Positions 1-11,972 of a stretch of 64,000 bases of DNA are shown one piece after another. Each line of letters starts with the position of its first letter. Positions within the stretch are counted from its first letter, which is position 1. A model generated the notes under the pieces. It had not been told where the DNA came from. It searched no databases and worked only from the letters and a program-made list of their open reading frames with translations. The DNA is from Azolla caroliniana (Eukaryota > Plantae > Polypodiophyta): contig JBHGNT010000003.1 of assembly GCA_043228905.1 (NCBI GenBank), forward strand, positions 868,001 to 932,000, read 5' to 3'. The position numbers were made by a program, and so were the translations under genes.

Positions 1-300
1 TTAGAGACTTGGAGTCTAAATGCCATTCACACTTCTTTACCTCTAAAACTTATCTTTGTAGGTAACTATAGAGACAAAGTTTAACTCTTGGAGATTTGGA
101 GTAGGAAGCCATTCACACTTTACATTTAAAACTTACCTTAGAGATGTGGAGACAGAAGCCATTCACCTCTACCTCTAAAACTTACCTTTGTCAGGTAACT
201 ATAGAGACAAAGTTAAATCTTATAGATGTGGAGTTGGAAGTGATTCACGCTTTACTTCAATATTACCTTTGTAGGGTAATTGTAGAGACAAAGTTAACTT
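1..300. repeat. Degenerate tandem repeat, unit about 50-85 bp
   Basis: Motifs GCCATTCAC, CTCTAAAACTTACC and GGTAACTATAGAGACAAAGTT recur 3-4 times in the first 300 bp. Confidence 0.7.
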
Positions 301-439
301 TCGATGGGTATATACGGCTTTTGTGACAAGAGTCTACTTGGACTCAATGATGGATATGTTATATGATTTTTTCGACAAGAGCTTGTGAGGACTTGTAATA
401 AGATCTTTCCTACATAATGCGGGCCATCTATTAGCATGT

Positions 440-860
440 TCTTGTCGTTTCCTTTTGTGTGGAGCCACTTTATGTGTGGCCTTTTCAATATGGGTTGAAT
501 AAGTGGCATGCATTTCTCGACCATCACGTGGGTTGCAGCCATCTTGAGTAATGGTTGCTCACATCCTCTCTTATTTGTCTCATGAAGTTGTGCATCGTTA
601 TCCCCAATATGATATCCTCCATCATTATCCTAAAGGTGAACTTAGAGATGACAACGTTGGCTTCATGCCTAATCAAACACAACAAATGACATTTGGCTTT
701 AGGAGTAGAGTCCCATCAATTTGTCTAGTATTTTTTCATGCAGTGGCATCTAGTGAATTACCACATGACATTATATGGTCATGCCCGTAACACATATCGA
801 CACGCTCGACCCCAAGGTTCACAATTTTAAATGCATAGCTCAACGTTTAAGAAAAATTCC
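440..860 (+). pseudogene. Possible highly degenerate Ty3/gypsy aspartic protease remnant
   Basis: Broken frames read PLYVWPFQYGLNKWHAFLD and FHAVASSELPHDIIWSCP, loosely like retropepsin motifs (..LID.. and FxV..PYDIILGRPW). There are stops and frameshifts, and the match is weak. Confidence 0.25.
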
Positions 861-1676
861 TTTAGTAATTAGGCAAGTTCTTGTTTGTACCCAAACAACA
901 AGGAAACTTATAACGAAAGTTCCATTAAGACTAGGAGAGAAGATACATTTCTTGGAGGAATGGTTACTTGCACTGAACACCAATGCATGGATTGAATTTC
1001 ATTATGCTGCTTGAAAGTATAATTCTCTGCGAAATCTACTATTGAGACTATTACATCATTTGGAAAACCAGATATGCAAATCTTAAACTAGATGGGCCTA
1101 CCATGAATAAATGAAGTTGTGCAAATGATTGTGTTGTGCTTGTATATGATGGGATCATAAATGAATCCTCCAGTTGTGCAAATGAATCATCGAGACATTG
1201 TGTTGTGCTTGTATATGATGGAATCGTAATGTGCTCCATGGGATGGGCATGGGGATGTGGGTTGTTTTGGGTGGGTGGGTCTAACATTGTTCTTACTCCA
1301 GTAGGATAAAACTTTTAGTGTTGACTATGGGATTTGCTAGCTTCCATGCACTAGAGATCCATGTCACGCATAAGCATGTATAGGTCGTACAAATAATGAT
1401 ACTCGTCATGCACAAAATTATAAGAAATTAAAATTACAAACTAATATGATTACGTATGAACCTCTGAACTTTCTACACCAAGTGCTCACTCCAAACTTTG
1501 GATGTGCCCAATGACAAAGCCACTCAAGAGTATACCTAACTTCCTCAATGCAAAGTAATAGTTCCTATATTCTTCGTTTGTTTGTCATTCTAAGAAAGAA
1601 TGTTCTTTGGTTCATCATATGATTTGTTTCCCGTAAAGGTATAAATTATTGAGGTGAAGTCTATGGTTTCTTATTT

Positions 1677-1816
1677 GGGAAAAGTACCAGGATACCCTTG
1701 GAAGTTCGTCTATTTACCATAATGCCCCTGGAAGTTCCAAATTTACCAAACTACCCCTATGTCCAAAAAATTACACTTTATAGACGAACTTCTAGGGGTA
1801 TCCTGGTACTTTTCCC
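1677..1816. mobile_element. Mutator-like MITE, 140-bp deletion derivative
   Basis: Termini GGGAAAAGTACCAGGATACCC ... GGGTATCCTGGTACTTTTCCC are inverted repeats. A perfect 9-bp TSD TTCTTATTT lies at 1668-1676 and 1817-1825. Same family as 35948-36260. Confidence 0.9.
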
Positions 1817-2214
1817 TTCTTATTTTCAAACATTGCAACAATGAAACTCAAATAAATGTAACTTAAATTTTTTTGTCTTCTTTAGGAAAGAACTCAAGGT
1901 ATGAAATGAAGAACACATCATGAAAATCAATCAACAGTTGGGCTATCACATTCACATCAAATGACCACACACCTTGTATCATGGGATTTACAAACTTTGC
2001 ATATGTGTTCACCTAAGATGTCACCACACAAATAACAAGAATAAAACCTCAAATGATATATGAATGCATAAATGTGGACACATGTCTCGACACATCTCCT
2101 GAGCATTTGTTTCATTCTATTGGGTAGAAAAAAATTATACCATTTATTATCTCCCCTCTCTCTTATTAAATTGTTATTATAGGATGATCAAGCATCACTC
2201 ATACAATAATGATT

Positions 2215-2940
2215 GTTTTTGTTTTTTCAATTTAAAGAATATATCTTGTCATTAGTGCAAACATTTTACAAGATTTTAAAATTCTATGTGACCGGCGGGG
2301 GAAACAACTATTTTAGAGGCTGAAAATGCCAATAAGGAGTGCCGTAATTGGATGTCATGAATGGAGTAGCTGTCCAGACAATAAGAAACTCATGCCGTTG
2401 AGCAATTTTAGCATCAAAATCTCTAACTATACCATCTCGTTGACCCTTCAAAGTATGAACTATGTCTAACCAAATATTTGAAACCAATACAACTGATGAT
2501 GTTTTAAGTTGATGGAAAACAAGGGAGCACCGAGCCTTCCTGAAATAGTATCTCCTATATTGGTTGGACTTCCTTCTATATTCCTAAAAATGACAACAAT
2601 GATAATGTATGAACACTTCCAGATTTAGTGTAAAATCCATGGTCCATAGATTCGGTGTCATAATGGAATGCATCACGGACAAGTGATGTCCAAACCACCA
2701 TGCTCGGAGTGAAAACCAATGGGGGGAAATAGTTAGCAAAAATTCCAAGGAGACGTTGCCATATCGATTGAGACTCAATGCATTCCCATAAACAATGCTT
2801 TTGAGTTTCTATTTGTAATTGGCATCGAGCACAACCAGAAGATACTCCCATCCTATGCAACCATGGGCCAACCGGCGAGGCGCGGTGTACAAGTAACCAT
2901 TGTACATGCAATATTTGGTATGGTTGTTCATATAATAATG
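2215..2940 (-). mobile_element. 5'-truncated LINE (L1-like) 3' end with zf-RVT zinc-binding region
   Basis: ORF 2576-2911 reads WLLVHRASPVGPWLHRMG..CARCQLQIETQKHCLWEC..SQSIW, typical of the non-LTR RT C-terminal zinc finger (CxxC..E..H...C). An A-rich tail lies on the minus strand near 2215-2227. Confidence 0.75.
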
Positions 2941-3777
2941 ATTGTTAATTCATTCATCCTCTTACTCTCATATTATATATAGCAAGTGGCTCATGGCCCC
3001 GTGAGTCACGAGGGCTAATTTTGGGCACTCCATTATTTAACACTTCTAATATCGAGGCATTATCCATGGGCATCTCACGGTTTTGTATCAAAATTGAGCC
3101 ATCTCTACGATCGGAAAATGACCTCACGTACATTAATACCACTACGCACTCAAATGCTTCTCTTCTCGCGAAATAGGAGGCCCAAACAAATGGTGCAACA
3201 CAGAGACATTAGTAATTGAACTAGTAAGTTGGAATATGCGAGTCCAAACATTGTGTGTGTTCTAACAAAAAAACAGTGCATGTATACTATCAAAAAAACC
3301 CTTGTGTTTAGTGTATTAAAAACACAATCAAAGTGATGTGGCTCGAAACGATGTACACATAATTCACGCATGATGCTATTAATGATGACAGACCTAATGA
3401 CATCGAGCTTTGGGTAAGTCGACGGGGAACATATCGACGATAGAGATCGATATGGAGAGAGGTTTACGGTACGTAACGTACCTAGTAGTAGTAGTGCGGC
3501 GTGCCCCAGTTACTTAAATAGCACCATTATCAACGTATTTACTGGATTGTGAAGCCGATAGATAGTCTCTGCGACTTGCATGGGATTCGTAGTGTCAAAC
3601 CCTTCGAGGGATGGACCTCGAGTTTGCGGAATGGTAGTAGTGTTTGTAAACCCTAGGTCACCGTCTATTTCTCAAGCATCGGGCCCGGGAGAAGACCGAG
3701 GGCCAGGCCAGGCTGGCTCCGGCCAAGCTCAAGCTCATCCGGACGGAAAAGGAAGTCCAAAGGACCAGCAGAGATTT

Positions 3778-3860
3778 GGCACGTGCGGAAATGTTTTTTT
3801 GTAGCACGTGGGGCATTGTGTTTTGGGCGCACGTGCGCAATGCCTATCGTGGCACGTGCG
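3778..3860. promoter_or_regulatory. Cluster of four CACGTG G-boxes in a GC-rich island upstream of the zinc-finger gene
   Basis: GCACGTG occurs at about 3779, 3804, 3829 and 3852, roughly 25 bp apart. It may instead belong to a repeat or TE. Confidence 0.4.
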
Positions 3861-4075
3861 GATTCCATCCGGCCTGAAAAGATTCCGTCCGGCAGAAGAA
3901 GCAAACGGAGGTGACGAAGAAGAAAGAAAGCGGGGGGAAGCCCAAACGGTCAGGAACAAAATCGGAGAGATTAGGATGTGATTAAGAGGCGATTAGGTGG
4001 TGATTAGTGGGAGAGATGGGACCAAGATTAGTGTTGATCAATCGATCAGGCCAATGGATTAGGTTTGGGCGGCAG

Positions 4076-4447
4076 GGAGAGATTAGATTAAAGTGAAGCG
4101 GAGATCCGCGGTGGAGATTAAGCAAGGGATTAAGGAGAGGATAGGGGTGATTAGGCAGAGTGCATATGAAGATTAGTCGTTGATTATGGAGGGGCCTAGA
4201 GAGAGAGTGTGTGTGCAGGCAGAGAGCCTAGAGAGAGAATGGCGAGGGCTGCAGGGGGGAGGCAGGTGAGAGATTAGATTAAAGTGAAGCTGAGATCAGC
4301 GATGGAGATTTAACAAGGGATTAAGGAGAGGTTAGGGGAGATTAGGGAGTGATTAGGCAGAGTGAAGAGGAAGATTAGTCGTTGCTTATGGAGGGGCCTA
4401 GAGAGAGAGTGTGTGTGCAGGCAGAGAGCCTAGAGAGAGAATGGCGA
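4076..4447. repeat. Tandem duplication, about 190-200 bp x2
   Basis: GAGAGATTAGATTAAAGTGAAGC...GCAGAGAGCCTAGAGAGAGAATGGCGA is present at about 4076-4245 and 4268-4447. Confidence 0.85.
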
Positions 4448-4899
4448 CAGGTCTAGGCATTAAGTGAGGAGAGAGGATTCTCTCTCCTCTCTCTTGTTTC
4501 CCTCCCTTTCTCTCTCCTCTCTCTCTCTTCTTCTTCTCCTTCTCTCTTCATGAACGTTGGAGCCATCTCTGTCTCTGTCTCTGTCTCTGTCTCTGCCTCT
4601 GTCTCTGGCGTGTTTTCGTCTGCTTGATTCATGGCTAATGGCGATGGTGATTTAATCGCCTCATTTCAGAGAGACGTGTAGAGACAGAGCGCGTCTGCTT
4701 TTTTGCTTATCCTTCGTTGGCCGATCCGAATCTTCATCAGATTCTCATCGGAATCTTGTTAGAATCTCACTACCCGATTGTTTTGTTCTCGTTTCTCTAC
4801 GCACAGCGAGAGACCGAGAGCGAGAGCGAGAATCTTAATCAATCAATCAGAAGCTTATCGCTAAGTCTTGATCATCGTTTCTTTGCATTTGAATCGTAT

Positions 4900-5308
4900 C
4901 AGAAAAAGAAAGCAGTTGGAGTTAAAAGAAGAAGAAGAAGAATATTCACAAAAGGAAGAGGATTAAAATTAAGATTAAGAAGATCAGAGGTGGAAGAAGG
5001 AGTAAACATTAGAAAAAGGAAGAGGATTAAGATTAAGATTAAGATTAAGATTAAGAAGATCAGAGGTGGAAGAAGAAGGAGAAAACGTCAACAAAAGGAA
5101 GAGCATTAAGATTAAGATTAAGATTAAGATTAAGATTAAGAAGATCAGAGGTGGAAGAAGAAGGAGAGAAACATTAACAAAAGGAAGGGGCTTAAGATTA
5201 AGAAGAAGAGCAGAGATGGAAGAAGAAGAAGGAGAAGAAGGAGAAAAACATTAACAAAAAGAAGAGCATTAAGATTAAGATCAAGAAGAAGAAGAAGAAG
5301 AAGAAGAA
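4900..5308 (+). repeat. Compound (ATTAAG)n/(GAA)n repeat in the putative 5' leader
   Basis: Runs of AAGATT and GAA are organised in ~80-bp units containing AGATCAGAGGTGGAAGAAG. Confidence 0.85.
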
Positions 5309-8300
5309 ATGCGAGGAAGGATAGTTGATCCACCTGCTTTCATTACCCCGACATGTGCAGGATCATCAACAGATGATGATCCATCATACACAGAGAACGC
5401 GACAATCACATCCCGGAGGAGAAGCAGTCACGTGGGGAGACGGATCATAAGGGGGCGAGTCTATGATTCTCAGAATGGTGTCACATGTCACTGGTGCAGG
5501 CAAAAGACAGTGGAGGATCACGTGCATTGCGGGCTCTGCTCCATCTTCTTCTGCGGAGGATGCCTCCGGAATCGACACGGGGAGCTTATCGACCTGGAGA
5601 TGGAGACGGATCGCAACTGGATTTGCCCTAGATGCAGAGGCGGCTGCGGCCCTGGATGCAATCACTGGTATTTCCTTCTGATTCCCTCTACCTATACATT
5701 GAATCACTGTATGGTTATGGATTGTATTATATTGTATTATATGATTGTATGATTATGCATTGTATTGTATTCTAGGATTTTATGTATTGTATTGTATTAT
5801 ATCATTGTATGATTATGCATTGTATTGTGTTATATTGTATTCTATGATTTTATGTATTGTATTGTATTGTATTATTTGATTGTATGTTGTGTTGTATGAT
5901 ACTATGATTTTACGTATTGTATTGTATTATATGATTGTATGATTATGCATTGTATTGTATTGTATTCTATGATTTTATGTATTGTATTGTAATATATGAT
6001 TGTATGTTGTGTTGTATGATTCTATGATTATAATGTATTGTATTTTATGACTGTATATAATGTGTTGCATTGTACTCTATGATCTTATGTAATGTAATGT
6101 ATTATATGATTGTATGTTATAATGTATGATTATGTATTCTATTCTATGATTTTATGTATTGTATTGTATCATATGATTGTATGTTGTATTGTATGATTGT
6201 AATGTATGTATGTATGTATGGAGATCAACCTGCATTTTCTTCTTTTTTGGGTGTGCAGTTGCAACTGTGGGCGTTGCAGGAAGGTTCAGGGATTGGGGCC
6301 GACAGGGCTTCTGATTCGCACCGCCAGGGCTTCAGGATTCTCGAATGTCCATGACTTCTTGATCGCTCAGAGAACCAGAGAATCTCCGCAGGCCATATGG
6401 GAGCGAAAGAGAGGGAAAGGATGGTGCCGAACAGGGGATTTGGAATTCTCCCAATCCTCGGACCTCATCAAACAAACCCAAGACGCCATAGCTGAAGAGA
6501 AAGCTCAGAAATGCAGGAAAAGGCTGAGCTTCCATTCACCCTACAATCGCTGTCTAACGGAAACCCCTGGATGCAAGAATGGCCATACTACTGATGATAA
6601 TGATGATGATGATTACGGTATTAAGAAGAAGAAGAAGAAGAAGATGAAGACGAAGCAGGATCAACCGATTACTGTTAGGGCTGAGGAAAACATTGCTGTT
6701 AATCCACAATTACAAGAGAAGCAGAAGAAAAATCAGCGTAAATCAACCTCTGCAATTCAACAAAAGCAGATGAATTCCACACCATCCACTGCTACTGTGG
6801 CTCCTCATCCTCCAGGTTCTGGCCATGTTTTGCAGGTTAAAGAAGAGAAGAACGAGATCCCGGCCTCTCTAAATGACCATAGCTCTATGCTCCAAGTGGC
6901 TAAAGAACAGAAATCTGAGTTTCAGATCACTCAGAGGAACCCTACCTCGACAGTAACTTCTACCTCCGGATTAACGACAATGCATCATCTTCCGCATAAT
7001 GTGAAGGAGGAGAAATTTGTTGATATGGAGGATCGTGCTGGGATTCATCTAAGAAATGTTAAGGAAGAAGCTTGCGAACAATCGCACGCATCTCCTGCCT
7101 GTAATTCCTTAGGTTCTATGGCAATAAGCTATGTCACCGCATTTTCTCGCGATTCGAATGATGCCATATGGGGTAGATTTAGCTCCGAATTCAACATATG
7201 GTCTGAGAATGAAGAAGAAGAAGAAGACGATGAAGCCGATAATTATAATTATACGAAAGAACCTGTTTCTTCTATTTCTAATGAAGCTCGATGCTGCATT
7301 CTAAATCCTTCTGGGACCTTGATCAATGTCAAGAGGGAGAAATCATGGCCTGAAGTACCTACAACATTTTGTGCAGGCCACATGAATGAGAGAGAATCGG
7401 TCGAACAAAATGCCATGCTCGATAATCATGATGATGATGCGCAGAAGATGCCTCGAGCATTATGTGTCCGTGATGGAAATGAAGCAAATGGGGATGTAAA
7501 GAAGAGTGGAGGGTCAGTAGTTCATGTGGAACAACACCTGTGGAAGAAAGATGATACATTCAAGGGCCGATTGGATCGAAGGCTTTCGGAGCCATTCGAT
7601 GGAAAAGAATTGGAGGTGCTCATGGGATTAGTGAGCCAACGGAAACCCTTGTATCGAGTCCGTGAAACGAGAAACAACTCCTCGCAAGTTATCTCGAATG
7701 AGGAAGGAAACTCATATCTAGATCATTATCCTGGTATACACACACACACATATATATGACTCTGTGTACTTTTTTTTTTCTCTATTAGCTGGAAATCATC
7801 AGAACACTCTGAACCTCTGTTTCTCTTTTGTTTTTTAATGGTATGTAGAGTTAAATTCACTGCTCGAGTCGGCAAGCTGTCCAATGTCGAGGCTATGGTT
7901 TTTACGCGGATTCTTCTTCTGGCTCGAGGTAATGCAATGTTAAATCATGTCACTGGAAATTACAATACAAATACAGTGCTCAACCACTTATGACAGTTGA
8001 TGCCAAGCGAGGGTCTATGTTGAGCCAAATGGCCTAGGGTTTTAAGGTTTTGTAATTGCAATGCTCAAATCTTTTTCTTCCTTTCTATTTTCTGAAGGTC
8101 AAGGTTAGGGTTTTTGGTTACTTAAAGAAACCCTAAACCTCACTAATCTCTAGAATTGTAAACCACCTAAACCCTATAGTTCTGAACCATTAAGCTCCAT
8201 ATCCTAAATCTATATACCCTAGAGCCCCAATCTCTGAACTCTTAAGCTCTAAACCCTAATTCGTACACCATTAAATTAAATCCTTTATCCTACACCATTA

Positions 8301-8695
8301 AATTCTTAAGAAACCCTAACATTTACCTCGGATTTCTCTCACTTTGTACACTTTGACATCTACTAAGAAACAAAATAAATACAGAATGCAAGCAGTGCGG
8401 GTGCGTTTAAGCCATGGATTTCTTCGGTGCCAAGGCCATCATCTTCAATAGACGACGATGATTGCATGGTGATTGATGGACCTGATTGTGAGGTATATGT
8501 ATATGTGTACATTTATGGTTTTCCTTTGAGTGGAACTCTGTATGATTTGTCTTTGGTTGATTAATAATGCAAACAATTTTATGGATCTAATGACATTTTT
8601 ATCTCTTCATTCGCAATTGTTTACCCTTGCAGATCCTCGCTGTAGTTTATTCCATAGGCGACGACGACGATGACCATGATGAGGCAATTGGATAG
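5309..8695 (+). CDS. zf-4CXXC_R1 (CDCA7-type) zinc-finger protein with an uncharacterised plant C-terminal domain; 5 exons: 5309-5667, 6259-7733, 7849-7928, 8385-8492, 8633-8695
   Basis: Spliced protein reads RGRVYDSQNGVTCHWCRQKT..C..C..FCGGCLRNRHGE..WICPRCRG..CCNCGRCRK..GLGPTG (zf-4CXXC_R1 pattern). It has a basic NLS (KKKKKK) and ends RKP..SYLDHYPEL..LRGFFFWLEN..GAFKPW. All junctions are GT-AG and in frame. Confidence 0.85.
5715..6220. repeat. Degenerate (TATTG/TATGA)n simple repeat filling intron 1
   Basis: Continuous TGTAT/TATTG/TATGAT motifs run for about 500 bp between the donor at 5668 and the acceptor at 6258. Confidence 0.9.
8030..8325. repeat. Degenerate telomere-like (AAACCCT) motifs in intron 3
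   Basis: TAGGGTTT occurs twice, followed by several AAACCCTAA variants on the opposite orientation. Confidence 0.5.
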
Positions 8696-8754
8696 TGACA
8701 GTCGATCAAATTACATACGGATTAGTTTATGGAAAGCGTGACAAATCTTTTGAT

Positions 8755-8960
8755 TAGTCCTCATGACATGTCATTAAACTCCTTAATGACCTGTTTTTGA
8801 TGTGCCAATAACCTCCTTAAAATTGCTAGATGTGTCATTGAACTCCTTAATGGTCATGCTCGAGGTCTCATTTAACCTCAATCACTTGGCATGTTATTAA
8901 CCTCCTTAATTACTATTGTATGTGGTATGCCATTAACCTCCTTTAATTTCCATTGTATGG
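8755..8960. repeat. Minisatellite of about 35-40 bp in the putative 3' UTR
   Basis: About six copies of ATGTCATTAACCTCCTTAAT-like cores. Confidence 0.65.
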
Positions 8961-9104
8961 TATATCTCCTCTCTTACCCATGTACGATATGTTAATAATC
9001 TCTTTAGAAGACAAGGCTGTTTCCTTTTTGCATTTTTGGAGTGATATATGCGAGAACCAAAATTTCTAATTATCTATATGAGCTTTTTGATAATCTTTGT
9101 CACA

Positions 9105-9177
9105 TCCGTTGTAGTCTAGTTGGTTAGGATACTCGGCTCTCACCCGAGAGACCCGGGTTCAAGTCCCGGCAACGGAA
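9105..9177 (+). tRNA. trnE-CUC: tRNA-Glu (anticodon CTC)
   Basis: TCCGTTGTAGTCTAGTTGGTTAGGATACTCGGCTCTCACCCGAGAGACCCGGGTTCAAGTCCCGGCAACGGAA has acceptor stem TCCGTTG/CAACGGA, anticodon arm CTCGG-CTCTCAC-CCGAG and T-loop TTCAAGT. It matches the plant cytosolic tRNA-Glu pattern. Confidence 0.97.
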
Positions 9178-9178
9178 C

Positions 9179-9186
9179 TTTTTTTT
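9179..9186 (+). terminator. Pol III oligo-T terminator of tRNA-Glu
   Basis: A T run starts 2 nt after the discriminator base. Confidence 0.8.
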
Positions 9187-9621
9187 ATCTTTTTCACTCA
9201 TGGTGTCGCTTGCCCCTTATTTAAATTTTTTTAATCTTTTTCACTCATGGTGTCCCTTGCCCCTTATTTAAAAGGATGAAAGCTCCAGTTTTGCTTCCAT
9301 CCATGAATTCTACATGTGTCTCCAGTTCAATTAGCCAAAAAATCATTATATAAAATTAAAATTTATGAGTTTTTTTAGTGAAATGTTGTTTGTGCAAAGG
9401 GGTACACCTGACAGATATGATGATCTTCGTTGGAACATATTGGAACTAAAAATAGTAGTGTGTGATTAAAGATAGGACCCATGCACATGTTCTTTTGGGG
9501 TGTGGGTAACTCTTGAATGGGGATTGATTAGATGACCATTCTAGTCATTGATTAATGCTGACTTTTGTAATTAAAACTTTGAGAAGGAATAAGTGTTCAT
9601 TTAACCAATGTAATGGACCAT

Positions 9622-9657
<36 letters not shown>

Positions 9658-10869
9658 TATATATATATACACACACACTTTTGATATGACGAGTTGACAA
9701 CACAAACTCATGTAATGGGATAACACATGCCCATTGGCATCTTAGAAACAACACCCCTTCTTCCACGAACGAGGAAGGGAGTCTAAGTATTAGGCTATGC
9801 TTTCAATGCATTGCACTCTGCCACATTCGAGTTTGCCTTCCACATATTGTCATTTTGGTTTGCTATCTTCACGTTCATCTCACAATCGCAATTTGCACTC
9901 TATCATAGCATTTATTTGAATAATTCTTTAAAATCAAGAGACAACCCATTTCCGCCAACAAAGATGAGAAATGATTTTTCTTATGAACCTTATAGCTCTC
10001 CACATAGAGCATATATAAAATATTTGCTTTGTCCCATAAGTCAATCATATTTGACCTCCAATGACAATATTTGAATGTATCTCATGTATGGCAACTATGC
10101 ATCTAAGGCAATGATCACAAACTTTGCATACAGTCACATGTGTTGAGAAATCAAACAAGGGGATTGGTCTAACTAGAATGACATGAAAAGGGCATGTTAG
10201 CTTTTATAACATGGGAGTAATGGAAGATAAGGCACATGTACTAAATAGAGTGTCGAGGTGAAATAGATCCATGGGATCAAAGTGCACCATTTCCATGAAG
10301 TGTGTGGAATTTATCAATGGCTCTCGATGTTCAAAGCTTTTACTGATGATTATTGCAATTGAGAGGACACACTGCAATTCAGTTCAACACATGTATAGGG
10401 ACAGTTCTTAGGTTTAAAATGTGGGGCAAACGAACCAAAATGTAATCCAAGGTGGTAGTACTACGAGGAAGGGCGTGAGTAAAAAAATGCATATTGAATG
10501 AGTCTTCTCGCCTTTGCCTCAATGCATAGTCTCACTCACATCGAAGAGAAGGTGAGCTACATGATGCAAATGTAGCGTCCCGATCCAACAACATTATGTT
10601 CCAGTACACAAGAACAAGAAAAGGCCAAGACGATCATTGTTTTCTAGAGTTTAAACAAGAACAATCTATCTATCTACCTACCTACCTATCTATATACATA
10701 TGTTGCAAGAAGCCACGAAGACTCGTGGGTGCCAGGTCCAGCCCACGTATGTATGTGTAGTGGGGTAAAAAGAGAAGGATGTAGCGCGGCCAAGCCTTGA
10801 CCCAAATGTGTGTAGGTAACTACATAAGGAAGTGAGGAGCCATGGATAAGTAAGAATTTGCAATCATTT

Positions 10870-11100
10870 AGTGAGCCACTTTGTATTAGTATGTATGTAT
10901 GTGTGTATGTATACATATATGTACATATGTATGTATGTATGTACTTGGCCCAAATGTGTGTAGAAGGAAGTGAGGAGCCATGGATAAGTCTGTATTATGT
11001 ATGTATGTATGTATGTATGTATGTATGTATGTATGTACGTGTGTATGTATACACGTGTGTATGTATACAAATATGTATAATGTACATATGTATGTATGTA
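10870..11100. repeat. (ATGT)n microsatellite with an embedded duplicated segment
   Basis: TATG repeats. CCCAAATGTGTGTAG...AAGGAAGTGAGGAGCCATGGATAAGT occurs at about 10800-10851 and 10948-10989. Confidence 0.8.
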
Positions 11101-11972
11101 TGGTGTGCACATGGAGGTTGCCAGAAATCTATGGAAAACTTGGAAGATATAAGAAAAACTCACATCTATGGCAGAAATTAGATAGGTAGACAGACACCAT
11201 ATATCTGTTCTCCAGGTACATCAGGTTGGCCATAGACCTGTGTTCATCAATCATGCTTTCCATTGGAGGACCACTGGCTTCTCTTGGATCTCTCTCAAGG
11301 TAAAAAGATTTCGTATGTATTCAAATGATATTCTGATTTCTCGTAAGAATTTGAGGTGGGATTGTTGAATCATAGATCTGATTTCCTCACAAACAAATAA
11401 AATCTTCAAAGGGTTTATAACCCTTAGGGTTAGGGCTAGCATCAGAGACTGTATTTTTAAACAGAATGATGTCCCTCGCAAGTCTCCACAAACAAACGAG
11501 ATCTCCAAAGGGTTTATAAACGTTAGTGTTAGGTTTAGCAATAAAAGACTGAACGTTTAAATAGTCTCACAAATGTTCACATTCTTAGTTTTTTTATGGT
11601 CGTTTTAGTGTTTATTGCATTGGTTTTCTTCATGTTTATCTCTTATGTTCAAATCCTTCCTTGCTTCCAACCTTGGAATCATTAGTTTGTCATTATGAGA
11701 CCATAATGTTGAAGCATTCTTAGATGCAATTTGTCATTTGTGGATCTCAATGACGTAAAAGTTCGAATTTTTTTTGTTGCCATTAGGATCAACACAAAGT
11801 GATAACTTGAAAGAAATTTCGCCATTGGGTCAAATATGCATTTTACTCTCTTGTAATTTGGCAATATTTTGGGTTAGGAAAATACATGAGATCACTAATA
11901 ACTCAATCTGTACTTGAAGTATTAGAACACTTGACACTTGAATCAAGAAAATGAATGAGATGATTGCAGTTT

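Noticed and set aside
4717-5254. ORFs encoding IKIKIK and poly-Arg
   Set aside because: They are translations of (ATTAAG)n/(GAA)n repeats with non-ATG starts.
10686-11189. ORFs rich in YVCM/HTYI (also at 25308-25896 and 29938-30129)
   Set aside because: They are artefacts of (ATGT)n microsatellites, which lack stop codons in several frames.
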